From: Octopus vulgaris
Lineage: Eukaryota
DNA length: 64,000 nucleotides
Assembly (NCBI GenBank): GCA_951406725.2
Contig: OX597837.1
Span: 23,808,001 to 23,872,000 of the forward strand
Direction: 5' to 3'
Positions 12,931 to 24,475 of the stretch are shown one piece after another; positions within the stretch are counted from its first letter, which is position 1, and each line of letters starts with the position of its first letter. A program made the translations under genes and the position numbers. The notes below the pieces were generated by a model. It was given only the letters and a program-made list of their open reading frames with translations, searched no databases and had not been told where the DNA came from.

Positions 12931-13026
12931 TTTTCACTTTCCTGAGGAGAAGATTGCATTGTTTATACCATTTATTCTTTTGAATAGTATCAGTGGAATT
13001 TTCGAAACATGTGTCGAAAGTAAAAA
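12931..13026 (+). ncRNA. Type I hammerhead ribozyme motif
   Basis: CUGAGGA (12942-12948), GAAA (13004-13007), GUC site (13013-13015); stem I TTTTCACTTTC/GAAAGTAAAAA; stem II GAAGATTGCATTG/CAGTGGAATTTTC; palindromic ACATGT in stem III. Confidence 0.75.
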
Positions 13027-13095
13027 TATTTGATTACACCTGCGTTAACTCCATTTTTTTATTCATATTTATATATATATATACATACATACATA

Positions 13096-13149
<54 letters not shown>

Positions 13150-13597
13150 GTATGTATACATGCATGTATGCATGTTTCATCAGTTGTGGGTATTTCTTCA
13201 CTTTTATATTTTTCTGTCTTTCCCCTCTCCGATGACACCATGCCTGGCTTATGGAATAATGATTAGCTATTCTAGAAGCAGCTCTTAGAGACTCTATCTG
13301 TTTATATTCACTATATAAATTGAATGTTTTCAAGTGATGCCAGATATTTTGGTTTTCATTTTTTTTATTTTAATATATGTATGTTTGTGTATCTGAAGTG
13401 TGAAACCTGTCGCATTTGTGTGGAACATTTGCTGTGTGACATCAAAGTGTTCATGTCCAAGCGAGATAATTCTTTCATCAAATTTACATCAAACAAGTTG
13501 TTTTCCTTTACTTAAAAACCTTTTAACATTCAGATTACTCCGTCAAATGTATAGCATATTTATTCGCATTTTCAATTTTTTATGTATTATCTCATAT

Positions 13598-14225
13598 CTA
13601 TTTCTTTACTACCTACAAGGGGCTAAGTGGAGGCGCAATGGTCCGGTGGTTAGGGCAGCGGACTCACGGTCATAGGATCGCGGTTTCGATTCAAAGACCG
13701 GGCGTTGTGAGTGTTTATTGAGCGAAAACACCTAAAAACTCCACGATGCTCTGGCAGGGGATGATGGTGATCCCTGCTGTACTCTTTCACCACAACTTTC
13801 TCTCACTCTTTCTTCCTGTTTCTGTTGTACCTGTACTTCAAGGGGCCGGCCTTGTCACTCTCTGTGTCACGCTGAATATCCCCAAGAACTACGTTAAGGG
13901 TGCACGTGTCTCTGGAGTGCTCAGCCACTTACACGTTAATTTTATGAGCAGGCTGTTCCGTTGATTCGGATCAACTGGAACCCTCATCGTCGTAACCGAC
14001 GGAGTGCTTCCCACAAGGGGCTAACACACAGAGAGGACAAAACAGGGACAATCAAACGGATTAAGTCGATTATATCGACCCCAGTGTGTAACTGGTACTT
14101 ATTTAATCGACTCCGAAAGGATGAAAGGCAAAGTCGACCTCGGTGGAATTTGAACTCACAACGTAATGACAGACGAAATACGGCTGCGCATTTCGCCCGG
14201 CGTGCTAACGTTTCTGCCAGCTCAC
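13598..14225 (-). mobile_element. SINE family B split by the family C insertion
   Basis: 3' end at 13598-13626, remainder at 14013-14225. Confidence 0.85.
13627..14012 (+). mobile_element. SINE family C (tRNA-derived) inserted in a family B copy
   Basis: tRNA head GGAGGCGCAATGGTCCGGTGGTTAGG; 12-bp TSD ACAAGGGGCTAA at 13615-13626 and 14013-14024; second copy at 38504-38887. Confidence 0.9.
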
Positions 14226-14394
14226 CCATACCTTCAAACTTTCAGTGCTGTGATTGCTTATTTTTAGAATAACATTGTTGGATAGGTATGAGAGTCAAGA
14301 TCCAGCTTGTCTGTACATAAATGAGGTAGACTGTTTGGGCCAGATACAGCTGGTTTAAACACCAAGAGGTTTTACTAAATTATATTCCTATTAA

Positions 14395-14603
14395 CCCTTT
14401 AGAATTCAAATTACTATATGAGGTGTAATTCTTATTGATTCACATCGTTTGGAATTGATCTTGCATTATCTTGCAGCTTTGAGAATTTGGTGACAAGATT
14501 CTTTATTTTTAGAATGTCATTATAAGAAGTCAAATCTGGCTGGTTTGAATATAAAACTAGCAGAATAATTCTGCAAGATATGGCCAGTTTAAACACTAAA
14601 GGG
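14395..14603. mobile_element. piggyBac-type MITE
   Basis: TTAA|CCCTTTAG...CTAAAGGG|TTAA; related copies at 535-643, 13517-14372 (interrupted), 45625-45792 and 55059-56158 (interrupted). Confidence 0.8.
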
Positions 14604-15296
14604 TTAATTATTATAATAAGCATTGGCATAAAAATGGCAATTAGGCTTTTTAGGATTTGTTCATAAGGCAGCCTTGGATATAACGTCCCTTAATTCATTT
14701 TCCAACCTTCTTCCACTGCCTGTAAAATAGGCCTTGAAGAGTTGGTTTTATGCTTATTTTTCTTCTCACTTTTCTTTTTTAATGCCAGAGCATTAAGAAG
14801 TCATTGTCAGAGGTGCCAACTATCTCGATTGACTAATATCATACTTAAATTGAAAAATTAAATAAAGAAAAAATGGAAAATGAAAATAAACATCATTTCT
14901 GCATTTATCTGACATTTTCTATTTAAAATTAAACCTTCGGAAAAATAGAGTGATGGGGTGTGGGTAGAGTAGGAAAGAAGAGGCATGGATTGGAATCAGG
15001 TTATGTTGATTACAACTTACCAACTGTAAAGGAAAAAGCTCATCTGAAGAATGTGATTGAAATATGTCATTTTTGACAGCAAGAGCAGGGTAAGTCATAG
15101 AGAATACTCCATAAATACATCAAGATATTTTGTGGTAAAAAAACAAAAGATTTGATTCCTTCTATTAAAAAAAAACAACAAAATAGGAAATAAGAAATTA
15201 TGATTGATTTAGTATTTGATGCGAACTCCGAATAAAAACTAATGGATGCTGGAGGAATGTCTATATGAACATGCTTAAAGCAATTTTCCTAAGTTT

Positions 15297-15349
<53 letters not shown>

Positions 15350-15580
15350 GGCGACAAGTTGGCAGAATCATTAGCACTCTGGGCAAAATGCTTAGTAGCA
15401 TTTTGTCCGCTATTACATTTTGAGTTCAAATTCTGCTGAGGTCAGCTTTGCTTTTTGGGGTCGATAAAATAAGTACCAGTTTAACACTGGGGTCAATGTA
15501 ATCGACTCATCCCCTCCTCCAAACTTACTTCCCTTCTGGCAAAATTTAAAACCATTATTATTATTACTATTATTATTATT

Positions 15581-15970
15581 GGAGTGGCTGTGTGGTAAGT
15601 AGCTTGCTTACCAACCACATGGTTTGGGTTCAGTCCCACTACATGGCACTTCGAGCAAGTGTCTTCTACTATAGCCTCGGGCCGACTAAAGCCTTGTGAG
15701 TGGATTTGGTTGACGGAAACTGAAAGAAGCCTGTCGTGTATATATATATATGTGTGTGTGTTTGTGTGTCTGTGTTTGTCCACCCGACATCTCTTGACAA
15801 CTGATGCTGCTGTGTTCATGTCCCCGTAACTTAGCAGTTCGGCAAAAGATACCGATAGAATAAGTACTAGGCTTACAAAGAATAAGTCCTGGGGTCGATT
15901 TGCTCAACTAAAGGCGGTGCTCCAGCATGGCCGCAGTCAAATGACTGAAACAAGTAAAAGAGTAAGAGAG
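15581..15970 (+). mobile_element. SINE family A
   Basis: Matches 148-534. Confidence 0.9.
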
Positions 15971-16002
15971 AGTAATTAGAGAGTATTATTATTATTATTA
16001 TT

Positions 16003-16388
16003 ATTCAGTAGTTTTATTCTTATAGCGTGCTTTCACTTCACTACCGAGCACAGCTCTGTGTGCCTTGAGTATGTGCTGTGATTTGTAGTGATGGTTACTG
16101 TATTGAAAGTGTTTTGCGTAGCATGTGTACAGTGCCCAGTAGTGCAATTTCTGTATGTTATATATATTTGTAAGTCCTGGTATTTTTGTTATGTATTTGT
16201 CTGTATATTTTTTTATCATACCTAATACACCTACTTTGATAGGAATTGTTTCTGTTTTTAGATTCCACATTCGAGTTACCTTTATTTCCAGGTCTTTGTA
16301 TTATGAAAGTTTCTCCATTTCTTTTAGAGACACGTTGTCATCTTCTGGTATTGATACATCAATTAGAAGGCATTTTTTTCTTCATGAT

Positions 16389-16390
<2 letters not shown>
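16003..16390 (-). mobile_element. 5'-truncated R4/Dong-like LINE (restriction-like endonuclease C-terminus plus 3' UTR)
   Basis: Translation IDVSIPEDDNVSLKEMEKLS*YKDLEIKVTRMWNLKTETIPIKVGVLGMI, typical of RLE non-LTR elements; (TTA)n on both sides. Confidence 0.75.
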
Positions 16391-16423
<33 letters not shown>

Positions 16424-16638
16424 GGCAACAAGTTGGCAGAACCATTAGCATGACAGGCAAAACGCTTAGCAGCATTTCTTCCGTCTTTACATTCTGAGTT
16501 CAAATTCATCCTTCAGGAGTCAGTAAATTAAGTACCAGTGAAACAGTGGGATCGATGTAATCAACTTGTTCCATCCCCTTAAAATTTCATACCTTGTGCC
16601 TATAATAGAAGAGATTATTATTATTATTATTATTATTA

Positions 16639-17181
16639 TTGAGTGAGAGAGGGAGCAGTGCATGCCATCAAAGTGACACTGGGGTAAAACTTACAAAGCT
16701 CAGTATACCCATCATGACTACCCTTCTGAAAAGGCTACACCAGGCACATGCGTCACAACCATATGTGCGTGACATGGTGATCTTATATCAAGATAAACAG
16801 TACATGACCTTGCAGGTGGGGCCAAGTTAGAATATTCTTCGGGTTGAGTAGCCCATCCCACTCAAAAGATCCCTGAATAAGGGTTGTTTAAAGTTGTTGA
16901 ATGAAACACCTGTTTCCAGAGGTGAATTATTCAAACTCTAAAGAATTCCTCTCAACACATGGCTATGATGCTCCCCCGCTACTTCTGCTCATGATCAGAG
17001 ATGCACATATCGTCAGACACCAAGAGACATGCTCAACTGGTTACGGTCAAACAAGTGACAAGCAAATCTGTGGTATTGAGCAGAATATTTGCTGTCGCCC
17101 ATCTTTTATACCAAGACAAAACAATGTACATGATAACACTTCCAATCAGTTAAGACGAGAAGCCATGAAAGCCACTGCCTG
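16639..17181 (-). mobile_element. Family F non-coding retroelement inserted in (TTA)n
   Basis: Same terminus TTGAGTGAGAGAG(G)CAGTGCATGCC abuts (TTA)n here and at 63599 and 63942. Confidence 0.7.
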
Positions 17182-17489
17182 ATTATTATTATTGTTGTTG
17201 TTGTTTTATTATTATTATTATCATTATGGTGGCAAGCTGGTAACATCTTTAACACACTGAAAGAAATGCCTAATGGCATTTTCCTCCAGCCCTTTCTGTT
17301 CTATATTCAAATTCCCCTGTGGTCACCCTTGCTTTCCTCCCTTTTGGCTCAATAAAATAAGTACCAGTAAGTAATTGAGTTAGTTCTGTCTCTGAATCTG
17401 CTTGTCCTTATGTACCTTTTGTGTTGGGCTTGGTAAATGGCCAATGAAATTAATTCAAACATTATTGCATAGTTAATTTCAGGAGACCC

Positions 17490-17670
17490 TAGTGGGCAGT
17501 TAGACATGTAGAAATATGTGTACACAACAGAAGGTTCCTTCAAGGACCAGATTCAATAAATTAAGTCTTCCTTTAATTTCCAGGAGTGGTGAAATTTTAA
17601 CAGCCCTAGCTAAACATGCATGGTCATTGAAGGAAAGTGCTGTGGATTACAGAAACTGTGGCTGGTGAAG
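17490..17670 (+). pseudogene. Degenerate Penelope GIY-YIG endonuclease fragment
   Basis: Translates approximately (one frameshift) as KYVYTTEGSFK...KSSF...TALAKHAWSLKESAVDY, like the PLE EN motif YIGxTExxFKxRxxxHxxSF...TxLSKHxWxLK. Confidence 0.5.
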
Positions 17671-17728
17671 TCATAGAAATTCTCCGATAACCATTTCTGA
17701 CTCTTTCCTGAGATATGATACTTATTTT

Positions 17729-17989
17729 GTGGTTGTATACTATAAACTTAACGTGACAGTAGGGGATTACACCACTGCTGTTTAGCCCTAGGAAGCATTG
17801 ACGCTTCCTGTCGGTTTCTACACATTTCCTGTCCTTATATATTTACGAAGGGGAGACAAATACCCCTTCATAAATATATAAGGACACAGGAAATGTGTCG
17901 AAGCTGACAGGAAGTGTCTATACTTCCTAGGGCTAAACAGCGGTGGTGTAAACCCCTACTGTCACGTTAAGTTGACAGTATACAACCAC
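17729..17989. repeat. Near-perfect fold-back palindrome (MITE-like), arms about 125 bp
   Basis: GTGGTTGTATAC...GAAGGGG agacaaata CCCCTTC...GTATACAACCAC. Confidence 0.85.
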
Positions 17990-19084
17990 TCTATCGCCCC
18001 ACCACCGTACATATCTCTATGAGACATTTAGAAATTTAATATTTCTGATACTTATTTTATAAATTCCAAAAGAATGAAAGGAAGCATCAACCCTAACAGA
18101 ATTTGAACACAGAACATTAAGATGGACAAGATACTGCGAAGCATTTTTGCCCATTGTGCTAAAGGTTCTGCCTGCTTGCCACACTCAAATGCTTTATAAT
18201 ATTAAAACTTGAATAAACATACACATTCTCATTCCCCCCTCTCTCTCTCACTCACTCTCTTTGTCCCTCTCTTTCTCTCTCTCATGGTAACACGTGAAGT
18301 TGGAGCCTTCGGCAATGATCCGTCAATACACATGAGTTACGCATGTATGCTATACATCCTCGTGCATCTACACATGCTATGCATGTAAATAATGTGCATA
18401 GCCATGTTATACAACAACACAGTCACACAACACATATGAACACAGGTGAACTATACAAATCACCATCATCTAAGTATGTTACCTTTGTAGACGATGAAAG
18501 ACTGGGGGAGGGGGAAAATGATATTGGCTTCTCTCTTGCTCTCCCTTCTGTTCTGCTGTTGTTTCTCTGTTCGTATCTCATTCTTTGGTTAGATTAAAAG
18601 ATGTCGATTATCTGTGCACCATCGCAGTAAGTTGGTTTATTCACTTCTGTTTGTTGCGCTCTGTGTGTCTGTGTGTGTGTGTGTGTGCTTGGAGGAGGTT
18701 GGGGGTGGAGTGGATGGCCATGTGCACGAATGCATATACTTGTGATGTGTTGAGGAGTGTGTGGGTGTGTGTGTGCGTGTCTGTGCATGAAAGGGGGCAC
18801 GTGTGTGTATGTGTGTGCGCTTGTTTTCGCTTGTTTCTCATTTGTATCTGAAGTAATAATTTTTCTTTTTATATCCTTATATATATGTGTGTGTTTATAC
18901 ATGTATGTGTGTGTGTGTGTGTCTATATATATATATATAGTCAAATCAAAAAATCAAACATTATAAACAAGAGGCTATGCACTTAGAATGTATTAGTTAG
19001 ACACTCAGTATGTATGTGTGTGTGTGTGTCTATATATATAATATAGTATGTATATATATATTATATATATATATGTATATATAT

Positions 19085-19117
<33 letters not shown>

Positions 19118-19262
19118 TATATATATATATGTATATATATTATATATATATATCATATATATATATATTATATATGTGTATATATATATTATATATGTGT
19201 ATATATATATGTATATATATATATTATATATATATATATCATATATATATATATATATATGT

Positions 19263-20950
19263 ATCACTATCTCCAACACCTCTGTCTCCTTCCTCGACAT
19301 TTCGGTTAGCATTCTTCACTCCACTCTTACCACCTCCATTCACTACAAACACACAGACTCACACTCATACCTCAACTTCTCTTCCTCCCACCCAGAACAC
19401 ACCAAGCTTTCCATCCCCTATTCCCAATTCCTCCGTCTACGTAGGCTCTGTAGTGACGACCATGACTTTGAGACTCAGTCTCAACGTATGGCTCACCACT
19501 TCATCCTACATGGATACCCCCTCACCACTATCCACACCGCCCTTGCCAGAGCACGTTCCGTGGACCGTGTATCTGCCTCTCTCCCCGAACCCGCCCTGTA
19601 GTCTCCCGCCTCCCTTTTCCCCTCACTTACCACCCCACGACCCTACCTCTCCAACGCACCATTCTTCAAGCTTTCCGTCATCTCCAGTCCGACCCGTCCA
19701 CTTCACACCTCTTCCCTAACCGACCCCTCCCCTCTTTCAAACGAGCCCATAACCTTCGAGACCTTTTGGTCCATAGCTCCTTCCCTGACCCTACCTCCCA
19801 ACCTGGCTCGTTCCCCTGCTCCCGCCCACGTTGCCACACTTGCCCTTACCTCTTCAACACCACCCTCCTCACTGGCACCCATCATTGACCCTATCGCATC
19901 ATCAACTCCTTCACCTGCACCTCCAGCAATATTATCTATTGCGCCTCTTGCTCTCTCTCTGCCATTCCCTGTACATCGGACAAACGGGACGCCACTTGGC
20001 TGACCGGTTCGCGGAACACCTTCGTGACATTCGCCTTGTGAACGACACACCGGTCTCATGCCATTTCCGCTCCACCGGTCACTCCTTGCAACACCTGTCT
20101 GTGTTCGGTTTGTCCTTACACAGAGGCCATCCAGATTCCCGTTTGCACCGTGAACAGGAATTAATCTTCTCTCTTCGCTCTTATACGCCATTTGGTCTCA
20201 ACTCTCCCCCTCCTCATCTAACCCCCCTCTTCCCCTCCTCATCTAACCTCCCCCGACCCCTACTTCTCTTCAGTCTTTCATCCTTTCACCCCTACTCCTC
20301 TTTCTCCCTCCCTCCTTCTTCCCTCTTCCCCTTCCCTCTGCTTCCTCACTCCCCTTCTCTCTCTCCCCCTCTCCCTCTATCCTCCCTCCTCCTCTCCTTC
20401 CTTCTCCCCCTTCCCCTTCCCTCTCCTCTTCTCCCCTTTCCTTCTCCCCTCTTCTCCCCCTCCCCATCCTCCTCCTCCCACCTCTTCTCCTCTCTCTACA
20501 CTACACCATACGACTTTACACATCACATCATATATACATACACACGTCCAGACCTCTCATACGCACTAATACTCTCTCATACACACACACACACTCTTCT
20601 CATACACATACACACACTCTTATGTTGGAGTGAGGTCATTCAACCCTATTATCTCCCCTAATTTCGCTCTTGCGTCTCATGTTTGATCTTTGACTTCTGG
20701 CCAAAATCAGATCGCCATGTTGATTCGCTAGCTTCTGCACGCATATTTTTTTCTCTCCTTCTTTCTGTGTTTTTTCTCAGTGTATCTTTCTGTTGAAGAG
20801 CGTAGGCTCGAAACGTTAAAGACTTGTTTTATTTATATTTCCTGAGCGCCATACTAATACAATTGTTTGTTTGTATTCCACCTGCCTTCGTCTTTTGTTT
20901 ATTTCCGTAAACCTGCCTTCGTCTTTTGTCTATTTTCATAAAGCTTCCCG
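19263..20950 (+). mobile_element. 5'-truncated Penelope-like element, Neptune type (RT C-terminus, Cys linker, GIY-YIG endonuclease, CT-rich tract, pLTR)
   Basis: FLDISV...HYKHTDSHSYLNFSSSHP...SIPYSQFLRLRRLCS; PCSRPRCHTC linker; TCTSSNIIYC...YIGQTGRHLADRFAEHLRDI...REQELIFSLRSYTPFGLN; frameshifts and stops; flanked by (TA)n. Confidence 0.9.
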
Positions 20951-20951
20951 T

Positions 20952-20984
<33 letters not shown>

Positions 20985-21159
20985 CAAATTGAGATAGGGG
21001 TTGTAAATGCAACCCTCCATGGGATAACATATATCCAATATACTGCTAGTGAAGTACCCAACAAGGTTAATACATAAATGTTAAGGATTGCGATGCAATC
21101 AATTCATTTACTGTATTATATGGGCAAAGGTAAAATGATTTACCACAAATTACTAATAC

Positions 21160-21560
21160 AAGATAAGAAAATGGAGAAATGCATCTAAATCAAATATCAA
21201 TTACCAGATAATACTCAATCACATACTTTATTAAACCACCACATAAGAGACTGTAGGGTTAAACATAAAAAAGCAGAACAACATAAAGGAATGTACATAA
21301 AAAAGTGTACATAAAAGAGTAATGTTGTATAATAAGTAGAATATATATAAAAAAGAGAATATGAATATAAGTATAGATTACATCTTACAGCTGTTTCGGC
21401 CATGTAGATAAGTATGTCTCATTTTACCAATATTAGCCTTTTATGGTAGGTCAATATATAGATATAAATGAGACATTTACAAAAATATTATAAGGCCTCT
21501 TCGGATATTATGTGATATAAATCAGTCTACATATATACCCATATGGGTGTGGGTACATAC
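21160..21560 (-). mobile_element. PLE pLTR-like fragment with a degenerate hammerhead
   Basis: Minus strand CCGAAGA GGCC...GGCC GAAAC AGCT GTA (21504-21386), followed by AATAAA. Confidence 0.5.
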
Positions 21561-22437
21561 CCATAATACAACATATACATATGAGTGCATATACTCACAC
21601 TCCTATACATATAAAAATATACATATACATAATGATGTAAATAAATAATATAAATTAGTAAACATATATATGTTCCACATTCAATGTTTCAGTTTTTCAA
21701 CTTAATATTGTGATAATAAACATACACATATTAGTACCTAGATGCAAATATACATACTCAATAGTACATTATATTACTTCCTACTAATTTGTAAAGTGTC
21801 ATTAAAGTTAGCATCATTATCGTTGTCAATACCATTAATGCTACCATTATTATAATTCATAATATTATTAATAACGCTTACATTAGGATCCAAAGTGGCA
21901 CATATGTATGTCCGGGTTCCAGTTAGTAATTTTCCTTATGACATAAATACACTATTGGATTTGAATTTAAATTATTATTGTCTTCCTCACAGTTGGTCCG
22001 CTGAGAGCTGCCCGACCTCCACCACACTGCACAAGAAAAACATGCACATCCACATTCAACCCTAAACCCACACATCCACACAAAAACTCACACACACATG
22101 CACACACACATGAATACACCCCGACACATCGCTACACATTCACTAAATTGCAGAGTGTATGTCTGTCATCGCATGGCTTATAGATAAATCAGTACAGGCA
22201 GCAGTGTCTATACACTAACACACACACTCACATGCATCAACATCATGTACCCAAACCAAATCAGAGATTCATCATATAATTAGTCCATGGCTTATATGCA
22301 TATAGTGTGAAAACTATATGCTGGTATGCCCAGACAATGCATACATAAGAAAAAATTGAATTATGAAATAGAGCCACTGATATGTCATCGATAATGTTTA
22401 TTACACTACCATTGCTTCTATTTAATATTTGAATATA

Positions 22438-23714
22438 TTAGATTGTCAAGAAAGTTCTTGTGGTTTTTAACCTTTAAATTCAGATGCACATAGCTCAAAC
22501 AAAACTTTATTAATCGAAATAAGCACCATCAGAATCAGCACACTTTTGCCAATGCAAAACAAGTTTATTTATGCCAGTAGCATAAAAATCCTGTGTTCTG
22601 GTGGCAGTGAAGTCGTTGAAGACGTGTTTGGCATCATCTTGGGTTTTGAAGTATTTCTCATGCAGGAAGTTGTCGAGATGCTTGAAAAAGTAGTAGTCTG
22701 TAGGCGAGAGGTCTGGTGAGTTTGGCGGATGAAGGCAGAGTTTCGTAGCTGAATTTGTTCAACTTCTGCAGGGTCAGTTGTGCGACGTGCAGCCAAGCGT
22801 TGTCGTGGAGAAGAATTGGTCCTTTTCTTTTGACCAATGCTGGCTGTTGTTGTCGGAGTTTCTTATGCATTTCATCCATTTGCTGACAGTACTTCTCCGC
22901 CATAATGGTTTCGTCTGAATTCAATAAGCTGTGATGGATGAGACTGGCCACAGACCACCAAACAGTCACTATGACCTTGTTTTGATGCAACTTTGGCTTC
23001 ATGAAGTGCTGTGGAGCTTCTCCAGTGTCCAACCACTGAGCTGAGCATCACCGGTTGTCATAAAGAATTCACTTTTCATCACGTCACAATCCGGTCGAGA
23101 AACGGGTCATTCTTGTTGTGTAAATGAAGGGAAGACGACACTTCAGAACAGCGTTTTTTTTTGGTTGTCGTTCAATTCGGGCGGCACCATTTTTCAAATA
23201 TTTTTGTTTTTCGAATCTCTTTCAAGTGGTTGAAAATTGTCATGTACATTACGTCTAATTCAGAAGCAAGCTCTCGAAAGGTTGTGCTTGGATTGGCCTC
23301 AACTAAGGCTCTTAGTTGATTGTTGTCAACATCCGATGGCCGACCACTACACTTATCATCTTCAAGACTCTCAACACTGCTACGAAATTTCTTGAACCAC
23401 CATTGTGCTGTACGTTCATTAGTTGTTCCTGAGCCAAACACATCATTGGTATTGTGAGCTGTTTCAGCAGCTTTTAGGCATAGCTTGAACTGGAATAAGA
23501 AAATTTTGCGAATTTGCTTTTTGTCCATGTTGTATTCAACGTTCCAGAAAATATGGCCTAATTATTCAAAAAGAAAAAGAGTAACACAATTGGATAGAGC
23601 GCAAAATGGGCTTTAAAATGATATATAAAGTCAAAGTAATTTAACAAAAATATATTTGAAAATAATACATTTAAAACAAAAATATTATAATTCCGCAAGA
23701 ACTTTCTTGACAAC

Positions 23715-23718
<4 letters not shown>
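22438..23718 (-). mobile_element. Full-length mariner transposon (cecropia/Hsmar1-like), 1281 bp
   Basis: 26-bp TIRs TTAG(A/G)TTGTCAAGAAAGTTCTTG(T/C)GG with TA on both sides; transposase relic inside. Confidence 0.95.
22510..23528 (-). pseudogene. Mariner DD34D transposase, frameshifted
   Basis: MDKKQIRKIFLFQFK...WFKKFRS...SGRPS; KPKLHQNKVIVTVWW; ILLHDNA; C-terminus WQKCADSDGAYFD*. Confidence 0.9.
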
Positions 23719-23761
<43 letters not shown>

Positions 23762-24007
23762 CAAGCATTTAAAATATGAAAATAACAAGTAAAGAGTTTG
23801 TTGTTATAGGTATGCATAAGATAAAATCGTATATAAAACACTGCTAAACAATTAGAAAAATGGAGAAGAGATGTTAAAAGTTCAAATTAGAATTTAAATT
23901 AAATTAAATTCTAATTTGAACTTTTAACATCTTCTCTTCTCATCTGCTGGCATGCACTGAACAATCTGACAGAAGCTGGAAAGCCAGAGAATTGCACCGT
24001 GCTCCAT

Positions 24008-24475
24008 TGTCTGTTTTGGCATGGTTTTCACAGCTGGAAACCCTTCTTAATGCCAACCTCTTTACAGAGTCGACTGGGTGCATTTTACATGGAAGTAGCT
24101 CTGACAGTCTATTTTGACATAGTTTTTACAGCAGGATGCTCTTTCTAACGCCAATCACTTTACAGAGTGGACTGGGGGCTTGTTATGCTGCACCAGCTCT
24201 AACAAGGTCTGTTTTGCCATGATTTTTACAGCAACATGCCCTCCTTATGCCAACCATGTTACAGAGTGGACTGGATACTTTTCACATGGCACTAGCTCTG
24301 ACGAGGTCTGTTTACGCATGATTTTTACAGTAGAATGCCTTTTCTAATGCCAGACACTTTACAGAGTGGACTGGGTGCTTTTTATGTGGTACCAGCACCA
24401 GCAAAATCTGTTTTGGCATGGCTTTCACAGTTGGATGTCCTTCCTTATGCCAACCCCTTTACAGGGCAGACCAAG
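24008..24475 (-). repeat. Tandem array of about 99-bp units (5 copies) derived from the family E tail
   Basis: TACAGAGTGGACTGG-like motif recurs near 24063, 24161, 24260, 24360 and 24460. Confidence 0.8.

Noticed and set aside
13627-13705. tRNA gene
   Set aside because: A/B boxes are present, but there is no complete acceptor stem and the sequence continues into a SINE body with a TSD
14660-14722. Possible minus-strand terminal exon (SGRRLENELRDVISKAAL*)
   Set aside because: Only an acceptor-like TTTTACAG and a short frame; no recognisable homology
15036-15075. CTGAAGA...GAAATATGTC hammerhead-like string
   Set aside because: Stems I and III cannot form adequately
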